DNA from: the human T2T-CHM13v2.0 reference genome, Homo sapiens
DNA length: 64,000 nucleotides
Assembly (NCBI RefSeq): GCF_009914755.1
Contig: NC_060925.1
Strand: one strand, 5' to 3'
Shown here one piece after another: positions 15,955 through 29,741 of the stretch; the first letter of the stretch is position 1; the number at the start of each line of letters is the position of its first letter. A program made the position numbers and the translations under genes. The notes under the pieces were generated by a model. It worked only from the letters and a program-made list of their open reading frames with translations, was not told the DNA's origin and ran no database searches.

Positions 15955-18320
15955 CTTGAATTTGACCAATTCTGTCCACATTTACTCACCTCATACTAAC
16001 TAAAACCATTGTGATTGCTTACCTTCCTAATAGAGGTGGCTTCTTATAGAGGAGGTGGGAGCAGAACTTCAGCCTATGTGGAGCCCATATGGTTTGATGC
16101 AGGAATATCTGGAGGGGAGCATGGCCAAGGACACCCATTCTCCAAGGCTCACCATTCTCCCGTAAGAGACTCTAGCTTAGGAGAACTGCCGGGACTCAAC
16201 AGAGCAGTATGATCTTGCCCATGAGACCGGCCCAGTCTGACGTGAATGTACTTCCGTCTGTTGACCCCTCCCAGGGTCGCAGCTTGGACATGCCTGCTTG
16301 CAGTGCAGCCTTAAATGCCCAACCATGGTGCATTCCAGGGACTTGCGTCATAGCTCCTATGCTGACAGACTGTGCTTGACCTTTGATGCGCTCCAGCAGA
16401 GTGGCCACCACCAATACACAGCAGTCTACCCACAAAACCTAACCCATGCCACTTTGCCGGCATGCACCTGCCCACGACCACCCCTCCATTGCTTTGCCAT
16501 CACATGGATGGACCTTGCATCCCCTTCCCTGCCCACTGTGGGTGCATGTGCACTCTATTGTGCCATTGTTACCAGCCTGAGTGCACCCACACCTGCTGCC
16601 AAGCCGCCATTGCTTGTGCAAACACACACAAGTACGTCACAGTCATGGTGTGAATGCATACACTGAGGTCACCAGCCCCATGCCCACGAACACCCTGCCC
16701 TTGTGCAGACACTGCCACTGTTCAAATGCACACACAGACCCCAGGGGTCACACCCACCCTTTCCAACTTCACCATACTGCACCACCACCACTGCCGCTGC
16801 CAACACCTTCACTGAGGCCAGAAGCCCCTGGACCACCAACCTCCCAGCCCAGCTAATAAGCAGGCACCCTGCCACACTGCTGCTGCTGCTGGCATATGCA
16901 AACAAGCACAGATCCTGCAGCCTTCACCCCATGAAGCACTTTGACGGGCACCACCCTTCAGAGTGTTGTGGCCAGTGGTCTGGAAACACCACGGCCCCTC
17001 CACGACAGCGGGTGCCCAACCTTGAGAGAAGAGAACACACCTAGGGGCTCCATAACCCCCCAGAGTTACATCACACAGCCCGGGAGTGCTGAGCTGAGCC
17101 TTGGCCCCCTAAAAACCTATCAGAAATAAAGCTAGTTGACTGAATCCACCTTATACCACAATCAAACTCCCAAGGACATGAAAGAAAATGAAATTTTAAA
17201 AATATCCAAAGGACAGCAGTATCAAATATAAAAGGAACATCAGCTCACACAGATGAGAAGAATCACTGCAATAACTCTGGCAACTCAAAAAGGCAGAGTG
17301 TCTTCATACCTCCAAATAACTGCACTATTTCCCCAGCAATGGTTCTTAATCAGGTTGAAATGGCAGAAATGACAGAAATAGAATCAGAATATGGATGAGA
17401 ACAAAAATCTTTGATATTCAAGAGAAAGTTAAAAACAAATACAACAATTCTAAGGAATACAATAAAATGATATGGGAGATGAAACACACAATGGCCATTT
17501 AAAGAAAGAAACAAACTGAGCTGATAGAGCTGTAAAGCTCACTTCAAGAATTTCAGAATATATGCACAAGTATTAGTAGCAGAATTGACCAAGCTGGGGA
17601 AAGAATCTCAGAGCTCGAAGACTAGCTCTCTGAAATAACTCAGTCCCACACAAATAAAGAAAAAAAACAATAAAGAGAAATGAATGAAACCTCTGAGGAA
17701 ACACATTAATAAGATAGACCACTAGCTAGACTGATAAATAAAAAAAGATAGAAGATCCAAATAAAAACAATCAGAAATGACAAAGGGGACCTGACCACTG
17801 ATCCCACAGAAATACAAAATCCCTCTTTGAACACTAGGAACACCTCTATGCACACAAGCTGGAAAATCTGGGGAAAAAAAAAATGGGCGAATTCCTGGAC
17901 ACATACAACCTTCCAGGACTGAACCAGTTAAAAAAAAAAATGAAGCCCTCAACAGACCAAAAATGAGTTCCAGAATTAAATCAGTAATAAAAAGCCTGCC
18001 AGCCAGAATCAGATGAATTCATAGCCAAATTCTACCAGATGTGTAAGGTAGAACTGCTACTATTCTGACTGAAACTATTTCAAAAAATTGAGGAGGAGGG
18101 ATTCCTCCTTAACTTATTCAATGAGGCCAGCATCATCCTGATACTAAAATCTGGCAGAGACACAACAACAACAACAAAAACTTCAGACAATATCCTTGAT
18201 GAACAAAGATGCAAAAGTCCTCAACTAAATATCAAATCCAAAAGCACATTAAAAAGCTAATCCAGCATGATGAAGTAGACTTTATCCCTTGGATTTAAGA
18301 TGGTTTCAACACACACAAAT

Positions 18321-18372
18321 CAATAAATGTAATTCATCATATAAGCAATAAATGTAATTCATCATATAAGCA
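18321..18372. repeat. Perfect 25-bp tandem duplication inside the L1PA16
   Basis: caataaatgtaattcatcatataag x2, followed by ca. Confidence 0.95.
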
Positions 18373-19339
18373 GAACTAAAAAAAATACCATGATTATCTC
18401 GATAGATGCTGAAAAGGCTTTTGATAAAAATCAACATCCTTTTGTGTTAAAAATTCTCAACTGAGTAGACATTGAAGGAACATACTTCAAAATAATAAGA
18501 GCCATCTATGACAAACCCACAGCCAACATCATACTGAAAGAGAAAAAGCTGGAAGGGTTCCCCTTGATAATTAGAAAAAAAAAAAAAAAAAAAAAAAGGA
18601 CACCCTGTCTCACTACTCCTGTACAACATAGTACTGGAAGTCCTGGGCAGAGCAATAAGCCTAGGGAAAGAAAGACAAAGCATCCAAACAGGAACAGAGG
18701 AGGTCAAACTATCCCCATTTGCAGATGACATGGTTCTATACCTAGAAAACCCCATAGTCTGTGCTCAGAGTTCCTTGATCAGATAAACAACTTCAGAAAT
18801 ATTTCAAGATACAAAGTCAATGTATGGAATTCAGTAGCATTCCTATACACCAAAATCATTCAAGCTGAAAGCCAAATCAAGAACACATTCCCATTCACAG
18901 TAGCCACAAAACAATGCAATACCTAGGAAAAGAGCTGACCAGGGAGGTGAGAAATCTCTACAATGTAAATTACAAAATACCGCTCAAAGAAATCAGGGAT
19001 AACACAATTAAATGGAACAACATTCCATGCTTATGGATAGGCAGAATCAATATTTTTTAAATGGCCACACTACCGGAAGCGGTTCACACATTCAATGATA
19101 TTCCTATCAAACTATCAATGACATTTTTCACCGAATTAGAAAAAAAGCTATTTTAAAATTCATATGGGACCAAAAAGAGCCCAAATAGGCAAGACAGTTC
19201 CAAGCAAAAAGAACAGAGCTGGAGACATCACATTACTTGACTTCAAACTATACTAAATGGCTACAGTAACCAAAATCCCCTGGTATGAGTGCAAAAACAG
19301 ACACATAGACCAATTGAACAGATAGAGAACCCAGAAAAA

Positions 19340-19640
19340 AAGAATTTATCAACAACTATTGTTAAAAAATTGATTAAGCAGGCCCAAATAGGCAACAGTA
19401 TAATATATTTATATATCCACCATAAATTGAAGCATATTAAAATTAATATGCTATCTATTAAAGTCCCTTATTTTATTCTTGGAAATGAATAAATTCAATT
19501 TTCTTCATACTGTATAATCCTCCACAATTATTCAGTCTCTTTTACATAGAAGATATTATGTTTATTTCCTCCAAAATTTATAAGCCATATGTCTTATACT
19601 ATTGAAATTTATGTGTATAAATTCCCAATTGTTTAAATAT
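19340..19640. repeat. Inverted repeat arm A (reverse complement of 21750-22040)
   Basis: aagaatttatcaacaactattgttaaaaaattgatt...aattcccaattgtttaaatat aligns end to end with the reverse complement of 21750-22040 at about 90% by manual count. Confidence 0.95.
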
Positions 19641-19840
19641 TGGCGACACACTTAACAACCATTTGATAGTCAACAAAGCTGACATAAACAAGCATTGGAG
19701 AAAGGACTGCTATTCAATAAATGGTACTGAGATAACTGGCTAGCCATATGCAGAATATTGAAACTATACCCTTTCTTTACACCATAAACAAAAATCAAGA
19801 CAAGATAGGTTAAAGACTTAAATGTAAAACCTAAAACTAT

Positions 19841-20134
19841 GACTAGGCACAGTGGCTGACGCCTGTAATCCCACCACTTTGGGAGGCTGAGCCAGGTGGA
19901 TCACGAGATCAGGAGATAGAGACCAGCCGGGCCAACATGGTGAAACCCCGTCTCTACTAAAAATACAAAAATTAGCTAGGCGTGGTGACAGGTGCCTGTA
20001 ATCCCAGCTACTCGGGAGGCTGAAGGACAAGAATCACTTGAACCTGGGGGACAGAGGTTTCAGTGAGCTGAGATTGTGCCACCACACTCCAGCCTGGGCA
20101 GTAGAGTGAGACTCAGTATCAAAAACAAAAAAAA
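19841..20134 (+). mobile_element. AluS (Sc/Sg-like) inserted in L1PA16 ORF2
   Basis: ggatcacgagatcaggagatagagacc; dimeric Alu; L1 sequence resumes afterwards. Confidence 0.92.
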
Positions 20135-21305
20135 ATTCCGCTGTAAAACTCCAGGAGATAAGCTAGGAAATACCATTATGGAAATAAAACTGAGCAAAGA
20201 TTTTATGACAAAAATGCCAAAAGCAATTGCAACAAGAACAATAGTTAACAAATGGAACCTAATTAAAGTAAAGTGCTTCTGCACAGCAAAAGTAACTATC
20301 AACAGAGTAAGCAAACAACCTACAGAATGAGAGAAAATATTTGCAAAATATCATCTGACAAAGGTCTAATATACATAATCTATAAGGAATTCGAACAAAT
20401 TTACAAGCAAAAACCCAACAACCCCATTAAAAGGTGGACAAAGGACATGAGCAGACACTTTTCAAAAGAAGACATACAACCAAGAAACATATAAAAAGGT
20501 CAACATCACTAATAGTTAAAGAAGTGCAAATCAATACCAAAATGAGATACACTTCAACAGCAGTCGGAATGGCTACTATTAGACAGTCATATAATAAAAG
20601 ATGCTGGTTAGCTTGCAGAGTTAAGGGAGTGCTTATACATTACTGATGGGAATGTCTATTAGTTTAGCCATTGTGGAAAGCAGTATGGTGATTTCTACAA
20701 GAACTTAAAACAGAACTATCATTCAGACCAGCAATCTCATTACTGGGTATATACCCAAAAGGATATATATAATTCTGCCATAAAGACAAATGCATTGTGT
20801 GTCTTCATTGCAGCACTATTCACTACAGCAAAGGCATGTGATCAATCTAGATGCTCATCAATGGTAGACTGGATAAAGAAAATGTTGTTCATATACACCA
20901 TGGGATACTATGCAGGCATACAAAATAATGAGGTCATGTCTTTTGCAGCAACATGGATGGATCTATACACCATTATCCTAAGTGAACTAATGCAGAGACA
21001 GAAAAATAAATACCACATGTTCTTACTTATAGATGGGAGCTAAACATCCATTCATATGGACACAAAAAACGGAACAACAGACTTCAGAGCCTGCTTGAGG
21101 GTATAGGTTGGGAGGAAGGTGAGGACAGAAAAACTACCTGTATGGTAGTATGCTTATTACCTGGGTGTTAAAAATAGTCTTTACACCAAACCCCAGTGAC
21201 ATGCAATTTACGTATGTAATAAACCTGCACATGCCCCAGAAACTAACATAATTAAAAAAAAAAAAAACAATGTCATGGGATTTGATTGCTAATCTGACCA
21301 AGATT

Positions 21306-21663
21306 TGCTTTAATTTAAATATTTGTATTACCCTCAAAATTCATCTGTTGAAATCCTAACCCTCAAGGTGATAATAGTATTAGGAGGTGTGGCATTTATG
21401 AAATGATTAAGTCATGAGTATTCTCATGAAAGAGACTAGTTCCAGTATTAAAGAAGCCCCAGAGAGCCTCTCCCCACTTCTGCCATGTGAGATGACAGTA
21501 AAAAGACCACCATCTATAAACCAGGAAGTGGGCCCACAACTGTCACTGAATCTAACTTGATTTTGGATGTCCCAGTCTACAGGACTATGAAACACAAATT
21601 TCTGTTATTCAATAGCTACCTAGTTTATGGCATTTTAAATGATAGCCCTAATGGACTAAAAAA
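21306..21663 (+). mobile_element. MLT1A/MLT1A0 solo LTR (ERVL-MaLR)
   Basis: ccctcaaaattcatctgttgaaatcctaaccctcaaggtgat...ctataaaccaggaagtgggccc...tagccctaatggactaa. Confidence 0.85.
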
Positions 21664-21749
21664 AATAATACTTTACATATATATATGTATATATATGTGT
21701 GTATTTGAAGTAATATTATATATATATATATTTGAAGTAATATTAGATT

Positions 21750-22040
21750 ATATTTAAACAATTGGGAATTTATACATATAAATTTCAACAATATAAGACA
21801 TATGGCTTATAAATGTTGGAGGAAATAAACATGATATCGTCTATGTAAAAGAAATTGAATAATTATGGAGGATTATACAGTATGAAAAAATCTAATTCAT
21901 TTACAAGAATAAAAAAGGAACTTTAATAGCATATTAATTTTAACATGCTTAAATTTATGGTGAATATATAAATACATTATACTTTTGCCTATTTTGGGCT
22001 GCTCAATCAATTTTTTAACAATAGTTGTTGATAAATTCTT
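21750..22040. repeat. Inverted repeat arm B (probable donor of 19340-19640)
   Basis: See arm A. Confidence 0.95.
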
Positions 22041-22679
22041 GTTCATTTTTTTTTTATGCTATGTCTTGTCTTCTCAATTTTTTTCTTTTTATATTTTGTG
22101 GCTGGATTGCCAGGGCACGCTGTTCATGATTAATACATCTTTTTGATTTGTTGTTAGAATTTTTTGTAGCAACTTATATTTTTCATATTTTTATTTCCTT
22201 TTTATGTGGTATGACTTTTTTACCATTTTATTTACAACATTTAAAAAATTGATTTCAGTTGTATCTCATTTATACATGCTTACAATATTTTAGAGGACTT
22301 ATTCTTTGTTTTGTCCAAACTGAGTTTTTATTTTGTGGCCAAAATATTTTATTCCTTTACCTTTATCTTGATTAGCATTATCTATTACATTAGGGTTTAT
22401 AAAACTATCTCATTTGTGTTTTCCTTTAATCATATTGTGTTTCTCTTTTTGTTCTTTCTTAAATTTTTTCAGGTGAGTTGCTTTGCCTCTTGATGCTATA
22501 AAATTAAACATCACATATTGTTTCTTCTGGAAGTTAGCCCAAAGATGCTAACTTTTATATCAAGTTTCTTATTTTTTTCTAGATATCCTTAATATATATA
22601 CACATATATGCATATATGAAATTATTATGCTTAGAATTATCTACATATAATTATCATTGCATCTTCATAATATTTTAAT

Positions 22680-23000
22680 ACTTTTTTTAGTTGTAAAATT
22701 CTAGACTTAACTTTCTTTTCCTTCAACGCATTGAAATAATTATGCTTTATCTTTCTGAGTACAGGGTTGCTGAGAAAATTTTGGTGTCTATGTGATATTT
22801 TCCTTTGTTTTCTACTTTCTCTTGATATAATCTTTTAGAAATTTTTCTTTGCCTTTGATGTTATTGGATGAAATAATAATGTGTCAGCCTAGGTGTGGGT
22901 TTTTCTTTATCCTAATATTTGAAACTTTTGAATCTGTTTAGAACTACAGCTGTTTGTCTTTCTTTAATTCAAAGAAATTAAAATCACTGTTATTTCCATT
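22680..23000 (-). mobile_element. Ancient L1M/HAL1-like ORF1-region relic
   Basis: gttgctgagaaaa...tttttctttgcctttgatg...cctaggtgtgggtttttctt pattern. Confidence 0.45.
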
Positions 23001-24794
23001 CTATAAATCTCATTTTTGTTTGTTTGGTTTTGGTAGAGGGGTCATTTTTATTTACAAAGTTCCTCACACCCAACTTTTCTTTTTTGTCCATTTCCCAGTG
23101 ATTTTTACATGAGCTTGCTATCTGATTTTCTAGTTCAATTTGTGTAATTCAACTATACTCATTATACTGTATATTCAATATATTGGTTTTTTATATTCTA
23201 GTGACTTTTTGTGTCCCACGATAAAATTTCATTATAATCAATTATTCTTTATCACACAGTTCTTGAAACACTATTCTTTTTTGTCTTCTTGAATTGATTG
23301 ACAAAGATAATCAGATTAAAGTAATTGTTTATCACACTCTCAACCTCTATAATCAAATTGACATTTTGGTTCTGGAAAATTGTCATTAGATTCTAGATTT
23401 ATGGGTTTCTTTGCACGTCAGAATCAATAGCTTTGAAGAATCTCATCCGTGACCAGTTTTGCTCACAAATAAGAAAAAAACCTGCATATATTATATGATT
23501 TATAAGCTTCTAACGGTTATTCTAATGCTTATAAATTCCTGAAAAATAAAAAGTTGAATAGTATATCATGATCATAATTATGTCATTCTACATACTCCAA
23601 AGAAAGTGATTTTTTTCAGGCTAGAGTATCCTTTGTGTGTGAAAGTATATTTTAACTATAGAGTTAACAGATAAAATAAAATGTGACTTTTCTTACAGAT
23701 GAAATATCCATTACAGATGGAAATTCTCTGTACAATAGTAAAGCCATATAGTAAATAAATAGAAAACAGAAATGCATTTAAGGAAAAAAATGGGTGGAAT
23801 GAGCAGAAAAGACTGTAGACTTCATGGGAGGACAAAGACAGAATACCTATATTGAATCAAATATTTCATTCTTGGAAAGAAAAAATTCAATAATATACAG
23901 ATGTAATTACCCTCTAAATTATTTTTGTTTAATATGATTTAATTTGATTTTCTGAGAGAAGTAGTTTGGAAACTTAATGTAGTTCTTAAATTAATATGGA
24001 AGAATGCATGTATACATGAGTAAGAGTAATAATAGTGGACTAGGTATAACATATTAAAACATTATAAAACCGAAATTTTGAATTATCTTGACACTGAATA
24101 ACATAAGCAGGTAAAAGGAACAGAATGGCAAATATATAAAATGACAGTTCTTATAAGATAAAGGTTTAGTTCAAAGGAAGGGTGGAAGTGGTTTATGTAA
24201 TAAATGATTTTAGGAAATACCTGTTGAAATATTAAAATATAGATTCCTACATCATCAAAATAATTTTCAAAAAACAAATACATTTATATAATTAATTTAA
24301 AAAACATAAAATTAATTTTTATATAGGGGGACATAATGGGTAAATACGTTGCAGTAAAGAAACACTAATAATTATATAAAATATTACATGCATAAAATAA
24401 ATATTTTAAATATACTACGTAAAAATAGTAAATATTAAATAAATATTCTATAATTTAAAAATACTATTATATAATTATGAAAAGAAATTAAAATCATTAA
24501 AAATTCAAATTTGTTAAAATAATGTGTAATAACTTTATATGTTTTAAAAAAACTATTGCTATTAAAAGTCAAGAAGAAAAAGAGCAATGTTCTAAATAAA
24601 TAAATTAGTGACAATTTGAAAAATTTTAAAGTTCTATCTTATTATAATCAAAGAAACACTAATAAATGCTTTGCCTTTGTATAAATGAAATGAAATAAAT
24701 AAATGGTAGTTACATTCCAATTAATCCAACCAAAAGTGAAAACTCTTACAATGCTAGTGGAATAATTTGGTAGAACTTTAAGAATAATTTTTCA

Positions 24795-25160
<366 letters not shown>

Positions 25161-25484
25161 TTAAGTGTGATGAATATACTAAGGATTTAGTTCCTAGGAT
25201 ATAGTTCTGAGATCTCTTTATTATGGTAGAGTACTGACAAATAAATGTTTTAAATATTCAACAATAATGTAGTGATAAAACAATCTTTTTAATATAAGCA
25301 TTATAATAGCACATTTATTAAAATGGAATGTTGTCTAAATAATATTTTATAGTTATATTACTAAATTGTACAAGCAATATTATCTTATTTGCATATGCAC
25401 ATATTATTATGTGTAGAAAACATGCATTTTATATAACAAGAGATTAACACTTATTTCCTCTGGCTAAGGAGAAATTTAGATTTT

Positions 25485-25790
25485 CTTTTTTTTTTTTTTT
25501 TTTTTTTTTGAGACAGAGTCTCACTCAGTCTCCTAGGCTGGCATGCAGTGGCCCAAAACGGCTCACTGCAAACTCTGCCTCCCGGGCTCAAGCAATTCTC
25601 CAGCCTCAGCCTCGAAAGTAGGTGGGACTACAGAGGTGAGCCTCCAGGGCCGGCTAATTTTTATATTTTATGTGGAGACAGGTTTCATCATGTTGCCCAG
25701 CTTGGTCTCCAACTCCTGAGCTCAAAGCTATCTGCCCGCCTCAGCCTCCCAAAGTGCTGGGATTACAGGCTTGAGTCACCTCACCTGGAC
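25485..25790 (-). mobile_element. AluJ
   Basis: gggctcaagc, catgttgcccag, aactcctgagctcaa J diagnostics. Confidence 0.9.
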
Positions 25791-25859
25791 AGCTGTTTGT
25801 TTTTTAATCAGTTTAATTTATCTATAATTTACACAAAATAAAAGCACTGATGTTAAGTA

Positions 25860-26960
25860 TACAATTTCTAATTGCCTGTTGCTAACATATGGAAATACAG
25901 TTGATACATTTATAATGACATTGCTTAACTTACTTATCAATTCCAATAACACATTGTAATTCATTGTACATTCTTTTTCGACTTTACATACATTTTATTT
26001 TATTTTCTGGACCACATTACACTGGAGAGGACTTCCAGTGGGACTGTGAATAAATATACTAGAAGCAGACATCCTTGGCATGTTCCAGACATAAGGGAAA
26101 GAACATTCGGTTAAAGTATAAATGTTACTTTTCGTTTAGTACCCCCCACCCCGCCCAGGTATACTTCAAGTGCTTTTTCTGCATCTTTTAAGATAAAAGT
26201 ATGTGTTTTACTCTGCTAATATGGTATGTTAGTTTCCTATTACTGCTGTAACAAATTACTGCAAACCTAGTTGCTTAAAACAACACGAAGTCTTGCCATG
26301 GAGTCCTAAAGGTCAGAAGTCTGAAATGGACTTCACTGGACTGAAATCAAGGTGTTATCAGGCTTTTGTTCCTTCTGGAGACTCTGGAACTGCATCTATT
26401 TCTTCCTTTCCATCTTCTACAGGCTGCGTTGCCTCTTGGTCCCTTCTTCTTCCATCTTCAAAGCCAGAAATGGTTTGCTGAGTCTTTATTATGCTACATT
26501 ACTCCGACGCATCTGTTCTGTATTAAAATCTTCTCTTTAATCATGTAAAGTAACTTATCCTCAGATTCCAGATATTCAGAAGTGGATATTTTGATGGGAG
26601 CTTGTTCAGCCTGTCACATAGGTAAAATAGTTGTGTTGCTTTGTACCTTTTTTTTCCTTATATGATAAACCAACCTTGCATTCTTTGAGGAAAAAAAAGC
26701 AACAACACTTGGTCGTGATATATTATACATCTTGCATGTTGTGAGATTTCATATGCCATAGAGCTAAATTAAGGATGTTTGTACTTATATTTATGAAGGA
26801 TATTAATCTAGAGTTTTTTATTTGAATTACCCTGTTTAGTTTTAGTGTTACGATAATGCTATATTTATAAACTGGAAGGAGAACGTTTTGTCCTCTTTTA
26901 ATTTCTGGAGAAGTTACATATAATTGATATTATGTCTTCATAAATGTTTGATAACATTCA
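25860..26960 (-). mobile_element. Old L1M ORF2 fragments, interrupted by MLT1D
   Basis: ggacttccagt...gacatccttgg...aagggaaa; aaccaaccttgcattc...cacttggtcgtgat (HDQV region). Confidence 0.65.
26226..26618 (-). mobile_element. MLT1D-like LTR
   Basis: gttagtttcctattactgctgtaacaaattac...cttaaaacaac...ggtcagaagtctgaaat...aatcaaggtgt...ttcagcctgtcaca. Confidence 0.8.
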
Positions 26961-26964
26961 GAAC

Positions 26965-27485
26965 TATACAAGAATATGTAACACAAGGTGACCAAGTATG
27001 ATTTATACAAGGAATGTAAAATTCACTCAAAATACAGTGAACAAAATTTAATTAAGAGAAATAAAAACATTTATCTCAATAAATGTATTAGAATCCCTTG
27101 AAAAATTCAAAGCCTATCCATAATAAAAAAAATAAAAAAGCACATTCTCAGCAAGTGATTGGATAGACATATTGTTGTATATTATACAATGGAATAAATC
27201 TACTAATTTTTACAACAACCTTGGAGCATTATGTCAATAGACAAAAGACTGATATATAAAGAACACATGCTACATGATGCTAATTACATGAAGTTGATGG
27301 GTAGGAAATATCTGACAGATTACAGAGGCTATTTTGAAGGGAGTGTGAGTGAGGGAACTTTCTGAGGTAGAGGAAAGATTCTTTATCTTGATTAGACTTC
27401 TGGTTGCAGACTTGTTTACATTTGTCAAAACTTATCAAATTGTACTTACAGACTCTGCCTTTCACTGTACATAAGTTTACCTATA
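26965..27485 (+). mobile_element. Old L1M (L1ME/MD-like) ORF2 piece and 3' end
   Basis: gaccaagtatgatttatac...; gagggaactttctgagg...catttgtcaaaacttatcaaattgtac. Confidence 0.65.
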
Positions 27486-29556
27486 CTACAATAACATATA
27501 ACAGTTATTTAATCAAAATAACACCAATTATCTGTCTAAAATTGCTTTCTATTCATCAGCATGTTGGGAAATAATTTGGATTAAATTTCGAGCTATTTTT
27601 GTATCATGAATAAATAATATTTACTACATGTATTTACCTTATATGCATTTATACATGAACTGCTTAAAATGCAACTGAAGGATGAAATCTATTCCTTTTA
27701 TATAGATCACCAGTAACTCTTTTTATTATAGAGATATTAAGAAAAAAGACTAGATCTAATCAGAACATCTTGCTCCCATTTTCTCAAATATACAGCCCTG
27801 CTGTAAATAGGTTTCCACAGAAGCACCTACTACTTATCAACGTTTGAGCCAAGAAAATCTCAAATGTACTTTTTTTGGTATCCAGTTGAAACTTTGAGAT
27901 TGAAAAGTTTTCTTTCATCTTTTTCAATATTCTTTTAATTTACCCAATTTCTCTGAATCTTCACCAAAAACCTCTATATCCTAGGAAGTCTCCCTCGTGT
28001 TGAGTTCTCTCAAAACTTAATTTTTATTCCCTTACTTCATACAGCAACTAAATCTTTGGAAAATACTTTTAACTACAGTGTCAGTTAACCCTATATTATA
28101 TTACAATAAAAGTATTAGAACTCTGAACTGAATTGTCCTAGAAGTGCTTTTAAACAAAGACGCTGTTTCCTTGTTGTTTCAACTTTTTTGTTATTGTTAA
28201 TTAATTGAAGCAGAACATAGTTGTGTTGATTACTTACATAAGTCTTAGATCTTCATTCATAGTTTGTGTGTTAGGGCCAAATAATTTTACGTTTTGTTAT
28301 TGATTCTGGACAAATAATTCTACATGTTGCTAATTGATTCTGCCTAATAATATTACATGGAATAAATATTACAGAAGACGCAGGAACATTACTATCCATC
28401 CAATTTTACCAATTATAAACTTAAAAATAATGTGAAAATCCTTCTTTCCAGTCCCCAAATCCAGTTAGCCACAAAAACTGCTTAATTCTACATTCTGTAT
28501 CTTTCTAATAGTCATTATATCATTTAGGTATCAACTGCCACAGTAATACCTCGGATCTAATTGTCTCTTTCTTTGTGTTTATTCTCTTCTACTCAAACTC
28601 CCCTTAGCCTTCACTAAAAGGAAAAAAAAATTCCTACATCCTCCAAGTGTTCTGTAATTGTTACTTTTTTTCCTCTCCTTAGCTTATTCACTTTCCTCCT
28701 AATTTGCTCAGACAATATCTAGGAACTAACAAACATGCACAGTATAACAGACTCTAATATGATTTACTGTTATAATAACAGTGGGTATGAAAATAATCTA
28801 CTAGTAATTAACAGATGTTGATAACATACATGAAGCCCTAACAAGTAAGGTTTTTTTAGCCTAGAATTGTTTGTTATTGCAAAAGCATGAGATAGATAAC
28901 TTATTAATTCAGGAAAGAAAATTAATTCAGTGATTTGTGTGCTATGTGAAAAGTTTTAAAATACAATTTGTTTCTGGCTGGCTTTGTCTGGAAAACGTCA
29001 AATGAGCTTCCAAATAGGTGGGTTGTGTAATTTATATGGTTAATAGACTATTTAGAAATTAACAGACTACCTAAATGCGGTGCTGCATTACTGTATCCAG
29101 ACTAACCTATTTTTGTTATCCTTGCACTTAATGACAAGCATAATAGTTTTAGTTGCCGTGAAAGAATTGTCATTGCATTGTTTTCTTGACATAATATTTC
29201 AGGTTCACTTATTAATTTGTTTGACAAATACAAGAAATAGAAAATAGATATTTCAAACTCTACCTAGTCAATATAATACAACTGAATAAAGCAATTAGGA
29301 TCAACCATGGCGTGGGGGGAAGAAAAAAATAAAGGGAAAGGAAAAGAGAGCAGAGGGGGAATGGGGAGATAGAGGAAGGGAGAGAGAGAATGAAAGCTAA
29401 AAGTCTACCTATTCTATCCCACTCCCAATCTGTAGTCCTTGGTCTTTTTGTTTGGTTATGGCTCTGTGAGACACAGCAGGTCCAAGCAAAAGAGCATCTA
29501 AAAAAGAAGTGGACTGCATCAGTCCTTGCCTGAGTTCTGTTTTGCTTGCACTAAGT

Positions 29557-29741
29557 CTGTGGTTCTCAGACTGAACTGCCCCTTGCAGTTTCTCATTAAT
29601 CTTTTAAAGAAAATATATAGATGTCCACCCCAGTACCAGAAAAATTAAATCACCAATATTGCTGGGTGATTACTGGTGAAGTATATTGCTAATTTTAAAA
29701 CTTTCCGAATTGTTTTACTGTGTATGCAGAGTGAAACCATT
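29557..29741. mobile_element. MER5-like hAT-Charlie MITE
   Basis: About 185 bp with TIR-like ends ctgtggttctca... and ...gtgaaaccattg. Confidence 0.6.

Larger units (their letters stand above)
16030..21267 (+). mobile_element. L1PA16-like LINE-1 with 5'UTR, internally deleted, interrupted by an Alu and a 300-bp non-L1 insert
   Basis: GC-rich 5'UTR to about 17150; ORF1 remnant to about 17700; ORF2 remnants (tttgcagatgacatg = FADDM at 18718); 3'UTR acaccaaaccccagtgacatgcaatttac...aaacctgcacatg plus poly(A); 5' boundary approximate. Confidence 0.85.

Noticed and set aside
16015-17129. Cluster of overlapping 60-120 aa ORFs in a GC-rich island
   Set aside because: Lies in the L1PA16 5'UTR; GC-rich low-complexity sequence gives open frames on both strands; no recognisable protein.
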